This document shows, piece after piece, positions 19,371 to 29,273 of a stretch of DNA of 64,000 nucleotides. Origin of the DNA: a virus (lineage: Duplodnaviria > Caudoviricetes); IMG/VR virus record IMGVR_UViG_3300037424_002485, positions 24,022-88,021 of that record. One strand, 5' to 3'. Numbering within the stretch: the first letter of the stretch is position 1; the number at the start of each line of letters is the position of its first letter. The notes beneath the pieces were generated by a model. That model did no database searches. It saw only the letters and a program-made list of their open reading frames with translations, and had not been told where the DNA came from. The position numbers were made by a program, and so were the translations under genes.

Positions 19371-19595
19371 ATGACAGCCCTGGAGAAATTAGAAATTCAA
19401 ATCAGAGAAACACCTCTACCCGCACGTCTCCGCTTGTGCTCGGCTATGATAGGCAAGATGTGCGCAGAAGGTAGACCGCCGCGTATGAGCATTCCGGTAC
19501 AATGGAATGACGAAGACGTTTTTATCAGCACAACTATCGCGGACGCATTAAAGGAACTCGATGACGACTCAGTCAGTTCAATCATTACGATATAA
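19371..19595 (+). CDS. phage hypothetical protein
   Basis: MCAEGRPPRMSIPVQWNDED. Confidence 0.5.
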   Translation: MTALEKLEIQIRETPLPARLRLCSAMIGKMCAEGRPPRMSIPVQWNDEDVFISTTIADALKELDDDSVSSIITI

Positions 19596-20244
19596 GCTCG
19601 AAAATTTGAAGGGGCAGCGCCAGCAGCTCGCTGCCGACTGCCGGGCGGCTGGCGACCGTATCGTCGGCCTCCAACAGGACGCCGTTGACAGTGAAGAGGC
19701 CCGCGTTATCATTCAAACAGTAGCACAGCAGACGCAACGCGAACTCGAATATCACATCAGCGAAATAGTCAGCCTTGCGCTCGCTGCTGTGTTCGACGAC
19801 CCCTATACGCTCCGCTTGGAATTCGTGCAGCGCCGCAACCGGACGGAAGCCGATATTCTCTTCGAGCGCGACGGCCAGACCTATCGACCAGCGGACGCCA
19901 GCGGAGGCGGGGCTGTAGACGTAGCCGCGCTCGCCTTGCGCATAGCCATGTGGAGTCTGCGCAGACCGCGGAGCCGAAACACGCTTGTCATGGACGAACC
20001 CATGAAAATGTTGAGCAAGGATATGATGCCGAAAGCCGCGGCCATGCTTGCCGAAGTCAGCCAGCGGCTCGGCTTGCAAATAATAATCGTTTCGCACTCA
20101 CAGGAATTAATCGAAGGCGCAGATAAATGGTTCACGGTTGCAATAAATAAGGGGGTGTCACATGTCAGTGAAGGCAGCGCGGCAAATAACAACAGCGGGA
20201 TTGAGAAGCAACAATCTATGATCGTCCCTCGTAGAAGAAATTAA
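19561..20244 (+). CDS. SbcC/Rad50-like ATPase, C-terminal half
   Basis: Coiled coil, ASGGG signature, LVMDEP Walker B, IIVSH. Confidence 0.8.
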   Translation: MTTQSVQSLRYKLENLKGQRQQLAADCRAAGDRIVGLQQDAVDSEEARVIIQTVAQQTQRELEYHISEIVSLALAAVFDDPYTLRLEFVQRRNRTEADILFERDGQTYRPADASGGGAVDVAALALRIAMWSLRRPRSRNTLVMDEPMKMLSKDMMPKAAAMLAEVSQRLGLQIIIVSHSQELIEGADKWFTVAINKGVSHVSEGSAANNNSGIEKQQSMIVPRRRN

Positions 20245-20868
20245 ATGAAAAAGAAAAGAAACGTTAAGCGGGCCCATGCGGTATGGAATAAACATAATCC
20301 TGAAAATCCTATTATAAAAGGTGACGGTTATTGTATTCACCATAAAGATGAGAATCCAGAAAATGATTCTCCTGATAACTTACAAAAAATGATTCACGGA
20401 GAACATAACTCGTTTCATAATAAAGGTAAACAATATTCCCTCGGCATAAAACACACAATGGCAACTCGTAATAAAATGAGTGCCTCTATGAAAAAACTAT
20501 GTGTGGGTAAAGGTAATGGGTTTTATGGGAAGCGTCATACTATAGAAACAAAATTAAAAATGTCCAAAATAAGAACTGGTAAAATAATGACTGAAGAAAC
20601 AAAACAAAAATTATCTATCGTATTAACAGGGAAAAAACGAACAGACGAAACAAAACAAAAAATAAGTGAGATGCGTAAGAAAACAGGTAGCCCGTGGTTG
20701 TTGGGCACTCATCATACTATGGAAACAAAATTAAAAATATCACTTGCGACTAAAGGGCGTATGCCTTGGAATAAAGGAGAAAAATTATGCAACGAAGAAG
20801 TAAGAAAAAAGATGTCGATATCAGCAAAAGCACGATGTCTAAGAATGAAGTTATTATCAAACAAATAA
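20245..20868 (+). mobile_element. free-standing HNH homing endonuclease with NUMOD3 repeats
   Basis: IHHKDENPENDSPDNL..HNSFH plus about six H/xT-x-ET[KR]xK[MIL]S repeats; strongly AT-rich. Confidence 0.85.
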
Positions 20869-21032
20869 CTGAAATAAGAACTAAAAATAATATTGCATGG
20901 ATGGGTATACTTGCTCTTGCCATAAATAAAGCGCCACGAGAAGCACGGCGACTGATGACGCAGATAACCAAGAACGACATGGCCGTCAGCAAGTTGTCGG
21001 CGCGCCTCGGCGCCGGCGGACGTAAGAAATGA
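20835..21032 (+). CDS. small hypothetical protein
   Basis: RTKNNIAWMGILALA; ATGA overlap with the spsF-like gene. Confidence 0.55.
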   Translation: MSKNEVIIKQITEIRTKNNIAWMGILALAINKAPREARRLMTQITKNDMAVSKLSARLGAGGRKK

Positions 21033-21844
21033 GCGGAGTTGTAGCCATAATTTGCGCACGCATGGGAAGTTCTCGCCTGCCCGGTAAAGTACTGAAGCCG
21101 TTGCCCGGCGGCCCCGTACTCGGCGTCGTAGTCGATCGGGTTGCCAGCGCGCAGACTGTTGACCGCGTCGTCGTAGCAACTACGCTGAGGAAAGCCGACG
21201 ATCCTATTGTAAACTTTTGCCGCGGACGCGGTATAGACTGCTACAAGGGCAGCGAAGATGATGTTCTCGACCGCGTCTATCAGGCCGCCGTCGAGTACGG
21301 CGCGGAAATCATCGTAGATATAACTGCGGACTGCCCGCTTGTTGACGGCCGACACATCGACCGAATAGTCAGGGAGTTGCGCGGCGAGCACGACACCTTC
21401 GCCGAAGCCGGTGATTTCAGAGGTTATCCGGATTACGTGTCTAATTGCTGGCAGCGCGAATGGCCGGACGGCTTAGACATTCAAGCCTATACTTTCGCCG
21501 CGCTCAAGGCGGTTTGGGACAGCCCTGATAGCGTACGCGAACACGTCGGCTGGAATATCGCCCAGCAAGCCGAGAGCCTGGGTTTTTACCTGCGCCAGAT
21601 ATGCGCGCCGCGTAAATACGCGCATCCCGAGTGGGGTCTCACCCTCGACGAAGCCGCCGACTACGAACTCCTTAAAAAATTATTTACAGAAGGCGTACTT
21701 GCCGGCGGCGATCATTTGTTTCCCGTCGAGTATATCATTGAATATCTGCTCGAACACCCAGAGATGCTCGACATAAATGCAGGCATTCGTCGCCACGTGA
21801 ATTCAAATAACAGGGCCGCACAATTTATAGAGGATACCAGATGA
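21029..21844 (+). CDS. SpsF/PseF-type nonulosonate cytidylyltransferase
   Basis: ICARMGSSRLPGKVL, VATT..DD, GSEDDVLDR, ITADCPL. Confidence 0.9.
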   Translation: MSGVVAIICARMGSSRLPGKVLKPLPGGPVLGVVVDRVASAQTVDRVVVATTLRKADDPIVNFCRGRGIDCYKGSEDDVLDRVYQAAVEYGAEIIVDITADCPLVDGRHIDRIVRELRGEHDTFAEAGDFRGYPDYVSNCWQREWPDGLDIQAYTFAALKAVWDSPDSVREHVGWNIAQQAESLGFYLRQICAPRKYAHPEWGLTLDEAADYELLKKLFTEGVLAGGDHLFPVEYIIEYLLEHPEMLDINAGIRRHVNSNNRAAQFIEDTR

Positions 21845-22011
21845 TAAAAATAATCGCGGCTTTATTGTGTATGGGCGGGTTAGTCGGGGTATTGCTGCTT
21901 ATTGTCCGCTGGAAAGTGCGTTATGAAATCCGAAGGCTTGAACGCCACAACGAAGCGCTCAGGCAAGACGACGAGCAAACACAACGAATGATCGATCAGG
22001 GCATGCGATGA
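21841..22011 (+). CDS. 56-aa membrane peptide (absent from ORF track)
   Basis: MIKIIAALLCMGGLVGVLLLIVRW; ATGA overlaps at both ends. Confidence 0.45.
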   Translation: MIKIIAALLCMGGLVGVLLLIVRWKVRYEIRRLERHNEALRQDDEQTQRMIDQGMR

Positions 22012-22337
22012 ATATTTGGGCTGTCATAAAAGAGGCGCTTAAAATCGTCACCGCCGAACGGGTTAAGAAAGCCGAGCAGGCCGAACGCAAGGCTGTCGCC
22101 CGAGCGTTTAATGACCGCTACACCTTTCGCCGCGAATGGATAAAGGGTATGCCGGATCTGCCCGGCGAGGGATTGTTTGGGTTGAAATGCCGGTCGGGTT
22201 ACGCGTGGATGTGTCCCGACTGTAATAAAATTTATCATCCCTATGAAATAAACGTATTCACCGGATTGCAGTACCCGGCGTGTTGCGGCACATTTAAAGG
22301 CTGCCGATATGAAGCTGGTATAAAGGAGCGCGACTGA
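22008..22337 (+). CDS. hypothetical Cys-rich protein
   Basis: WMCPDC..YPACC. Confidence 0.5.
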   Translation: MNIWAVIKEALKIVTAERVKKAEQAERKAVARAFNDRYTFRREWIKGMPDLPGEGLFGLKCRSGYAWMCPDCNKIYHPYEINVFTGLQYPACCGTFKGCRYEAGIKERD

Positions 22338-22338
22338 A

Positions 22339-23415
22339 ATGAACGAAGACATAAATATAATTAAAGAAGTCGATTGCACACGCTTCGCTCCACAGCCTAT
22401 AATTTATAACGTGGTCATCATCGGCTGCGGGAGCATCGGTAGCAGTAAATCAGACGCCTACGATAGCCCGACTACCGATGCCGTACTCACCCATGCTCAC
22501 GCGTTTTACCGGCACCCGAATACCGAGATCACTGGGTTCGTTGATCGCGATGTGGAGAAATCGGCGGCTGCGTTTCGTAAATGGGGTACGGCGAAAACTA
22601 TAGTCGGGAACTATACCGATGCGGGCACGTTCTTTTTAGCAGCGCGTCCGGACATCGTTGTCGTGAGTAGTCCGACGGAAACGCATAAGGATGTATTGAT
22701 GGATTTGCTCAAATTAAAAGATTATAACGGCTGGCAGCCGCGACTCGTTGTCGCCGAGAAACCGTTTTGCTCATCGCTGGCAGAAGCCCAAGAGGTTGCA
22801 GCGGCCTACGCCGCTGCCGGTATTCCCGTCCTCGTGAACTACACACGGCGCTTCGACCCAGTCGGTATGATTACGCTTAACCAATTACGTGCGGGTGAAT
22901 ACGGCAGTATATATCACGCGCGCTGCCTGTACGGTCGCGGACTTCGGCGCGACGGTTGTCACGGCGTAGACATTCTCAACTACGTACTCGGCAGAGTACA
23001 AGGACTATCATTTAACCACAGCTGCATCGACGACTACATACCCGACGATCCGTCATACACGTTACGCCTCGAATATGAACGCTGCGGCGAAACATATATG
23101 ATCGCTGCCGACAGCCGGGAGTGGGGTGCATTTGAACTCGAATTTGTTTGCGCGGAAGGCATTGTCGCGTTTTATAACTGGGGCAAGCAAGTGAGGATTT
23201 ACCGGCCTGAAGAGGAGAGTACATACGGCCAGTATAAGTCGTTGTCGCGTGTCGGCTGCCGAGTAGAGCATATCGAGACCGCGCTGCCCAAAGCACTTTT
23301 ATATATGGCCGACGCTTGCATACGCCACCTGCGCGACGGCGAGCCGTTGCCGTGCACGCCTGTCGACGCACTGCGCGTATGGGAAGTACTGGTGGCGGTC
23401 GGAGATAAGCGATGA
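22339..23415 (+). CDS. Gfo/Idh/MocA family NAD-dependent oxidoreductase
   Basis: IIGCGSIG, H..A, AEKPF, VNYTRRF, GCHGVD. Confidence 0.9.
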   Translation: MNEDINIIKEVDCTRFAPQPIIYNVVIIGCGSIGSSKSDAYDSPTTDAVLTHAHAFYRHPNTEITGFVDRDVEKSAAAFRKWGTAKTIVGNYTDAGTFFLAARPDIVVVSSPTETHKDVLMDLLKLKDYNGWQPRLVVAEKPFCSSLAEAQEVAAAYAAAGIPVLVNYTRRFDPVGMITLNQLRAGEYGSIYHARCLYGRGLRRDGCHGVDILNYVLGRVQGLSFNHSCIDDYIPDDPSYTLRLEYERCGETYMIAADSREWGAFELEFVCAEGIVAFYNWGKQVRIYRPEEESTYGQYKSLSRVGCRVEHIETALPKALLYMADACIRHLRDGEPLPCTPVDALRVWEVLVAVGDKR

Positions 23416-23585
23416 AAGCATCAGAATTGATTTGTCGATTAACGGAAATAATGAAAACGTGCGGCGACTTACCGGTATACGGACAGGCGGATTGGCAGTG
23501 GGAATTGGAGACATGCAAGATAGACGAAGGCCCGCACAATCAATATGACGACACCGTAGAACCCAAACGAGTTATATTAAATTGA
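23412..23585 (+). CDS. 57-aa hypothetical protein (absent from ORF track)
   Basis: MKASELICRL..GDLPV; ATGA overlap. Confidence 0.45.
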   Translation: MKASELICRLTEIMKTCGDLPVYGQADWQWELETCKIDEGPHNQYDDTVEPKRVILN

Positions 23586-23935
23586 GAATATTTGGCGATA
23601 AAGGACCGGTGATGACCGCGCTCGAATTTATAAAATATGTACGCGGAAAATTCCCTTGTATACCGGGTGACCCGCATAAACGCGGGCAACCTGCGAGCAA
23701 CGGGCAACTTCGTAGATGGTGTGATATGGGAGCCGTGAGTATAAATGAAAAAACATCGAGATGGAACGATATGGTTGAATTTCCAATTTGGGAGTTTACG
23801 TTCTTTCCCAGTAGTAAAAATAAAATACGACTGCATTATTCGGAAAAGGATAAGAAATTTCATGAGTTCTGGGATTCATTAGAACGGCAATATAAAAATG
23901 GAACGTTGACTGTTATTCAAATAGAGGAGGAATAA
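23582..23935 (+). CDS. AT-rich hypothetical protein
   Basis: SNGQLRRWC..FFPS. Confidence 0.5.
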   Translation: MRIFGDKGPVMTALEFIKYVRGKFPCIPGDPHKRGQPASNGQLRRWCDMGAVSINEKTSRWNDMVEFPIWEFTFFPSSKNKIRLHYSEKDKKFHEFWDSLERQYKNGTLTVIQIEEE

Positions 23936-23936
23936 A

Positions 23937-24191
23937 ATGTTTACAATCGAATTGGGCGTACAGGCAGAAAGCAATATCACGGGACTCAAAGGCACGGTCA
24001 CATCACGGTCGGAACATCTCAATGGTTGCAATCGGTACTGGGTACAGCCAAAGATAGGAAAAGACGGCAAAGTGCCCGAAGGCATGTGGCACGATGAAGC
24101 CGAACTCGTCGTCAAAAAGAAACCTATCTTCGAGCGAGTCTTCGAGCGAGCGAATAACGATCGCGGCGGCTTTCCGAGCGCGATAAAATAA
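23937..24191 (+). CDS. phage hypothetical protein
   Basis: IELG..ITGLKGTVTSRSEHLNGCNRYWVQP..WHDE. Confidence 0.65.
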   Translation: MFTIELGVQAESNITGLKGTVTSRSEHLNGCNRYWVQPKIGKDGKVPEGMWHDEAELVVKKKPIFERVFERANNDRGGFPSAIK

Positions 24192-24199
24192 AGGAGAGT

Positions 24200-24388
24200 G
24201 TGATGCCCGGTAAAAAGAGAACAAAGAAATCAAAGAAAAAAGAATCCGCAACAGACGTCCGACGTAAAGCTATAGACGCTTTGCTTGCCAATAATGATAA
24301 CGGAGGAATAACCCCGGCTGATCTTCGTGCATGCTTCACGTTTGTATTAGACGCTATCGAACAGGAGACAAAACAATGGCAAAATTAG
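24200..24388 (+). CDS. small hypothetical protein
   Basis: Basic N-terminus; overlaps the next start. Confidence 0.4.
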   Translation: MMPGKKRTKKSKKKESATDVRRKAIDALLANNDNGGITPADLRACFTFVLDAIEQETKQWQN

Positions 24389-25755
24389 CTCTGTTCGGCG
24401 GCACCCCGGTTCGTGCCGAACTCTTCCCGAGTCAAAATACGATCGGGCCTCTGGAAATCGAAGCCGCGAACCGCGTCCTCGCCAGCGGAAAACTAACCGG
24501 CTATCAGGGTAACGGCGGCGAGAACTTCCGGGGTGGCGTAAAAGTCCGTGCCCTCGAAGAGGAATGGGCGGCTAAGTTCGGCGTACGCCACGCCATCGCT
24601 TGCAACTCGGCGACAAGCGGATTGTTTATCGCCTGCGGCGCCGCCGGTATGGACCGCGCCGACGCCGGTGACGTCGTCGTCACGCCGTTCTCAATGTCGT
24701 GCTCAGCCAGCGTCCCGCTCGGCTGGAAACACGGCGTACGCTTCGGCGACATCGAACGCGACTACTATTGCCTGAGCGCGGAGAGCGTCGGCAAGCACGT
24801 ACTCAACACGTTTCAGAAATACTCAGCAGTCATCCCTGTCAGCTTGTTCGGGCAACCCTATGATTGCGAGGCGATAAACGCCGTCGCCAAGGAGAAGGGC
24901 GTATACGTTATCGAAGACGCTGCGCAGGCGCTCGGCAGTATGTGGTACGACAAACAAGATGTCGGCCACTACGCCGGTACGCTCGGCGACATCGGTGTGT
25001 ATTCATTCAATTTGGGCAAGCATCTGACGTGCGGCGAAGGCGGAATGATTGTTACCGATAACGATGAACTCGCAATGCGCTGCCGCCTGATTATGAATCA
25101 TGCCGAAGCCGTTGTGCACGACCTGGCGAAATCGCCGTGGGTAGACGTTAAATCGAGCGCAGGATTACCTCTATGTACAAGTATACCGACTGAAAACTTC
25201 AAGACCGTGTACGGCTTCAATCTTCGCATGACTGAAATATGCGCGGCTATCGTTAGGGTACAACTGGCTCGGATGGATGCGATGATTCAGCAGCGCGTGG
25301 ATAACGTCACGCACATCATCAACCGGCTCAAGCATATTCCCTGCCTGGGTATGCCTGCTGTGAGGCCCGGCTGCACGCATACATATTACGTACTCCCCTT
25401 GAAGTACGATCCTCTTCTCGGCTGGAAAGAAGGCCAGGGCATCGCCGAGACTTCGCCGATGCCTATCTCCCGCGATCTATTCGTTGACGCCGTCCGTGCC
25501 GAATTAAAGCCAACTAAGGACAGGGAAAGCGAAGGCGTAACCGTTGGCGGCGGCTACTGCCGGCCCATTCAAAACATGCCGTTGTTCGACCGCAGTCTCG
25601 ACGAAACGCCTGAGTGCCAGCGGCAGTGGGCGGACGAATTGATTATTGTCCACCGCATGTTTGGGCCTAATGCCAGCAGGCGCGATCTCGACGATATTTG
25701 CAACGCCTTCGAGAAAGTCTGGGATTACCGGGAAGAATTGATGACGGCGAAATGA
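24376..25755 (+). CDS. DegT/DnrJ/PseC-like PLP sugar aminotransferase
   Basis: [32 protein letters not shown] (PLP lysine), GFNLRMTE. Confidence 0.9.
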   Translation: MAKLALFGGTPVRAELFPSQNTIGPLEIEAANRVLASGKLTGYQGNGGENFRGGVKVRALEEEWAAKFGVRHAIACNSATSGLFIACGAAGMDRADAGDVVVTPFSMSCSASVPLGWKHGVRFGDIERDYYCLSAESVGKHVLNTFQKYSAVIPVSLFGQPYDCEAINAVAKEKGVYVIEDAAQALGSMWYDKQDVGHYAGTLGDIGVYSFNLGKHLTCGEGGMIVTDNDELAMRCRLIMNHAEAVVHDLAKSPWVDVKSSAGLPLCTSIPTENFKTVYGFNLRMTEICAAIVRVQLARMDAMIQQRVDNVTHIINRLKHIPCLGMPAVRPGCTHTYYVLPLKYDPLLGWKEGQGIAETSPMPISRDLFVDAVRAELKPTKDRESEGVTVGGGYCRPIQNMPLFDRSLDETPECQRQWADELIIVHRMFGPNASRRDLDDICNAFEKVWDYREELMTAK

Positions 25756-25964
25756 TTGAGTTCAACAAGCGGCGCGACCGCTTCTCGCACGGATTCATTT
25801 TCATTTCACACGCCGAACTCGAAGAACGAGGAATCGTGTTCGACGAAACCCTACATCGTATCGGCAGCGGCGTTATGTATAACGGCAGCAGGCATTCGAT
25901 ATACGGTTTGGGTACGGCAGGGCTACTGATTTGGCCGCTCGGCAGACGTGCACCGAGAGAATAG
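25752..25964 (+). CDS. small hypothetical protein
   Basis: ATGA overlap with the aminotransferase stop. Confidence 0.4.
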   Translation: MIEFNKRRDRFSHGFIFISHAELEERGIVFDETLHRIGSGVMYNGSRHSIYGLGTAGLLIWPLGRRAPRE

Positions 25965-25972
25965 GAGACGAT

Positions 25973-26308
25973 ATGGCATGGAAAGTTGCTATAAATCAAC
26001 ACTGGAATAATCCGGGCGCAGCGGACGTCATTATTTATCGAGAAGCAGGCGGCGATAAAATTCAAGTCCTCTACATTGAAGACGCCAAGACGTGGACGGT
26101 GAGCGTGAAGGAATTCTCGGCGGCAGCCGTCGTCGAACCCTCGCTGCGCTTACCCGCAGGCGTTCTCGAAGCGCTTATGGCCGGCTTGCAGGAGCACGGG
26201 ATCAAACCGCCCGGCGAGCATAAAATCGCCGGGCTATACGAGGCTACGAAATATCACCTTGAGGATTTACGCGGCCTGCTTAAACTTAACGGAGGCGTGA
26301 AGAAATGA
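25973..26308 (+). CDS. hypothetical protein
   Basis: RBS aggag; ATKYHLEDLRGLL C-terminus. Confidence 0.55.
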   Translation: MAWKVAINQHWNNPGAADVIIYREAGGDKIQVLYIEDAKTWTVSVKEFSAAAVVEPSLRLPAGVLEALMAGLQEHGIKPPGEHKIAGLYEATKYHLEDLRGLLKLNGGVKK

Positions 26309-27372
26309 TAACAAGTACTGCGAATTTGGAAGTGGATAAGATGGGCGCGCAAATCGGTGATAAGCAGCCCGGCTTTTACGACGGTAAGGAGATTTTAATT
26401 ACCGGCGGCACAGGTTCATTGGGAAAAGCGCTCGTCAGGCAATTACTCGCTGAGCACCGCCCGAAAGGGATACGCATCTTCAGCCGAGACGAATTAAAAC
26501 AATATCACATGCACAACGACATCAAACAATGGCCGTCACCGTCGAAATGTCCGGTCGCCTTTCTTGTTGGCGACGTTCGCTGCTACGACCGGCTGCGGCG
26601 CGCGTTCAAGAGTGTCGATGTTATAATTCACGCAGCCGCAATGAAGCAGGTGCCCGCTTGCGAACAAAACCCACTCGAAGCCATTCAGACGAATGTGCTG
26701 GGTGCCGTGAACGTACTCAACGCAGCCATAGATTGCGGCGTCGAGCGGGTGATGAACGTATCGACCGATAAGGCAGCGAAGCCCGTCAACCTATACGGGG
26801 CGACGAAAATGTCGGCGGAGAAATTATTTATCGACGGTAACGTGTACACAGGCGGACACGGCACGCGGTTCGCCAGCTGTCGTTACGGTAACGTGCTCGG
26901 CAGCCGGGGAAGCGTCGCCCATGTTTTCCGCGCGCAGGTAGACGCCGGCCTGCCGATCACGCTCACGCATAAAGCCATGACGAGGTTCTGGATTACGCTG
27001 CCCGATGCTGCGCGCTTCGTCCTCGCCCGTACCGCAGAAATGCAGGGCGGCGAAACGTTCGTACCGCGAATGAAGAGCATGGGTATATATGAGATGGCAA
27101 GAGCGATATTGGTGGATAGTAAAAAAGCACTCATAGAAACTACTGATTTTAAAGATATAGGCATCCGACAAGGAGAGAAACTGCACGAGATTCTATTCAC
27201 TCGGGAAGACTACGTGTACGAATTCGGAGATCACTACCGCGTATTCGCAGCGCCGCGCATAGGCGAGGGTTACGGCAGAGCCGAACAATGGGAACTCGCG
27301 TCAAATCGAAATCCAAACGGGAACATTGGCGGCGATGAATTGCTGGCGATGATTACCGAGACCGGATTATGA
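26305..27372 (+). CDS. pseB: UDP-GlcNAc 4,6-dehydratase (inverting), PseB/FlaA1 family
   Basis: TGGTGSLG, SRDELKQ, HAAAMKQVPACE, STDKA, YGATK, RYGNVLGSRGSV, MTRFWIT. Confidence 0.9.
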   Translation: MITSTANLEVDKMGAQIGDKQPGFYDGKEILITGGTGSLGKALVRQLLAEHRPKGIRIFSRDELKQYHMHNDIKQWPSPSKCPVAFLVGDVRCYDRLRRAFKSVDVIIHAAAMKQVPACEQNPLEAIQTNVLGAVNVLNAAIDCGVERVMNVSTDKAAKPVNLYGATKMSAEKLFIDGNVYTGGHGTRFASCRYGNVLGSRGSVAHVFRAQVDAGLPITLTHKAMTRFWITLPDAARFVLARTAEMQGGETFVPRMKSMGIYEMARAILVDSKKALIETTDFKDIGIRQGEKLHEILFTREDYVYEFGDHYRVFAAPRIGEGYGRAEQWELASNRNPNGNIGGDELLAMITETGL

Positions 27373-27580
27373 ACAGGAGATCACACTGGGCGTGACGAGT
27401 CCGGGGAATACCGCTATAAGAGTCGCTAAAGCAGCGAGGCGGGCGAAAGAAAGTCGCTAACTAAACTCGTGTCCGGTTCATCGTCTGATTCTGTCAGGTC
27501 GAACTACTGACAACTCAGTAAAGCCGGAAAATTTATAATGAGGTCTACAATTTTAATCTAATTTCACAGGAGGGTGCCTG

Positions 27581-27841
27581 ATGTTCGGATTAGAGTATAT
27601 CTTAACATTCATCAAAATAGCATTCAATGTCGCATTCGCAATCGTGTCGGCATGGCCGATGTACTACGCCTGGAATTGTATCGCTCCGAAGTATCTGGCG
27701 GCGTACATTCCTCAGGTCTTCATCGCAATACCATACTGGCATATCGTCGGAATTTTTTTGGTCTGCACCTTCATCGGAGAGCAGATACAGAAATTGACCC
27801 CAAAAATAATCTCTATCGAACAGAAGAACGAAAACAAGTAG
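27581..27841 (+). CDS. small membrane protein
   Basis: RBS aggagg; two hydrophobic segments. Confidence 0.55.
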   Translation: MFGLEYILTFIKIAFNVAFAIVSAWPMYYAWNCIAPKYLAAYIPQVFIAIPYWHIVGIFLVCTFIGEQIQKLTPKIISIEQKNENK

Positions 27842-27882
27842 ACGATACATAGTTGAACAATTTGATAAAGGAAGGATTATAA

Positions 27883-28413
27883 ATGACGGTGTGGACGGAG
27901 CGCCTGATAGGCCGATGCCTTGCCCGGCAGATATTTAATAATAAATGCCTTGTCGTCGTACCCAACTGCAATTTCACCGGCGACGAAATTGACATTCTCG
28001 GCATAACCCGAGACCTGCGCATCATCGACGTCGAGATAAAAATAAGCCGAGCTGATTTAAAAGCGGACAGGCGAAAAGATAAATGGTTCACGCATTACGA
28101 CTGGCGCACAGACCGTGCGGCGTTCGGCAGGCGCGACCGCCAGCCCGTGCAATGGCCGCATCGCGTCTGGAAGCATTATTTTGCGCTGCCCGAAAAGATT
28201 TACATGCAGGAGCTGTTAGCCGAACTGCCGGCGGCAAGCGGGGTGCTTTTACTCCGCGATAACTATGCCGGCATCCGTTGCTTACGCCGAGCACAGCCGT
28301 GTCGCAGCGCCGACAGACTCAGCGCAGAAGACGCCGTCAATATCGCCCGCCTCGCCAGCCTGCGGATGTGGGATGCCTACAAAGAATTGGATGCCGCGAA
28401 TGATCGCGTATGA
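27883..28413 (+). CDS. MmcB-like PD-(D/E)xK nuclease-fold protein
   Basis: EIDILG..DVEIKISRADLKAD, HYFALP. Confidence 0.65.
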   Translation: MTVWTERLIGRCLARQIFNNKCLVVVPNCNFTGDEIDILGITRDLRIIDVEIKISRADLKADRRKDKWFTHYDWRTDRAAFGRRDRQPVQWPHRVWKHYFALPEKIYMQELLAELPAASGVLLLRDNYAGIRCLRRAQPCRSADRLSAEDAVNIARLASLRMWDAYKELDAANDRV

Positions 28414-28705
28414 TATGTTCGGCGTAAAGCAGCTCGCCTGCGCGGTCATTCGGGAAGCCGTCGAGGACTACACAGGCAGGGAGTGGAACGACAAACACGA
28501 GCGATTCAAAGAAAAGAAGGTTAGCGATAGACGCTGGCGATCGGCAACCGCGTTTCTCCACGGCAAGACCAGGCACGCCGCGTATACATCCATGCTTGAA
28601 TTTTGTTGCGAACTCGCTGGCGTGCCGGTATCCATAATTCAGAAAGGAGCGTTTGCAGATGACGTACACCAGCGAAGAGAAAGGCTTGAGGATTACCCCG
28701 TTTGA
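28400..28705 (+). CDS. hypothetical protein
   Basis: LACAVIREAVEDY..SATAFL..FCCEL. Confidence 0.5.
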   Translation: MIAYDMFGVKQLACAVIREAVEDYTGREWNDKHERFKEKKVSDRRWRSATAFLHGKTRHAAYTSMLEFCCELAGVPVSIIQKGAFADDVHQRRERLEDYPV

Positions 28706-29273
28706 CGCCAGCGTGCATGCGACTGAAATCAGTCGACAGTGGCTGAACGACGGCGAGACCTGCCGTTTTAACTCCTGGGGCGTGTTTCCGTATACGCGAA
28801 GCCAACAGGCTGCCTACGTCAAAACCATCGAAGACGGCGACCCGTCTAAAATTGTATGGGCGATAGAAATGATTGAAGGAGAAAAAATAATCCCGACCGA
28901 CCCGCCCACTCCGGGTGGTATATTGGTACAAAAAGTACCTCGTTGGCGACACGTCGGTAACTGTAGCCTTCAATCCATCGATATGCATAATCGAAGCGCC
29001 GAATTCGCCGTCGTCATCGGCTGCGCTAAGGCGCGCGGCAAAGACTATGGGAAAACGGTACTCGGCTTCGCTCTCGACCACGCATTCAAACGGCTGGGAT
29101 TGCACCGCGTATGGCTGGGTACATCGGCGGATAACGTCGGCATGCAAAAATGCGCAGCTGCCAACGATATGCCCAGGGATGGTATAATCAAAGACGGAAT
29201 GTGGAGTTGCGGGAAATTTGTAGACGTATATATTTATAATATAACTGAGGAGGATTATCGTGGCAGCCGATAA
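28659..29273 (+). CDS. GNAT N-acetyltransferase (PseH/RimJ-like)
   Basis: HVGNCSL..SAEFAVVIG, RGKDYGK, GLHRVWL; RBS aaggag. Confidence 0.8.
   Translation: MTYTSEEKGLRITPFDASVHATEISRQWLNDGETCRFNSWGVFPYTRSQQAAYVKTIEDGDPSKIVWAIEMIEGEKIIPTDPPTPGGILVQKVPRWRHVGNCSLQSIDMHNRSAEFAVVIGCAKARGKDYGKTVLGFALDHAFKRLGLHRVWLGTSADNVGMQKCAAANDMPRDGIIKDGMWSCGKFVDVYIYNITEEDYRGSR

Noticed and set aside
20245-20868. Group I intron or intein around the HNH gene
   Set aside because: The flanking genes are complete and there is no non-coding room for an intron core.
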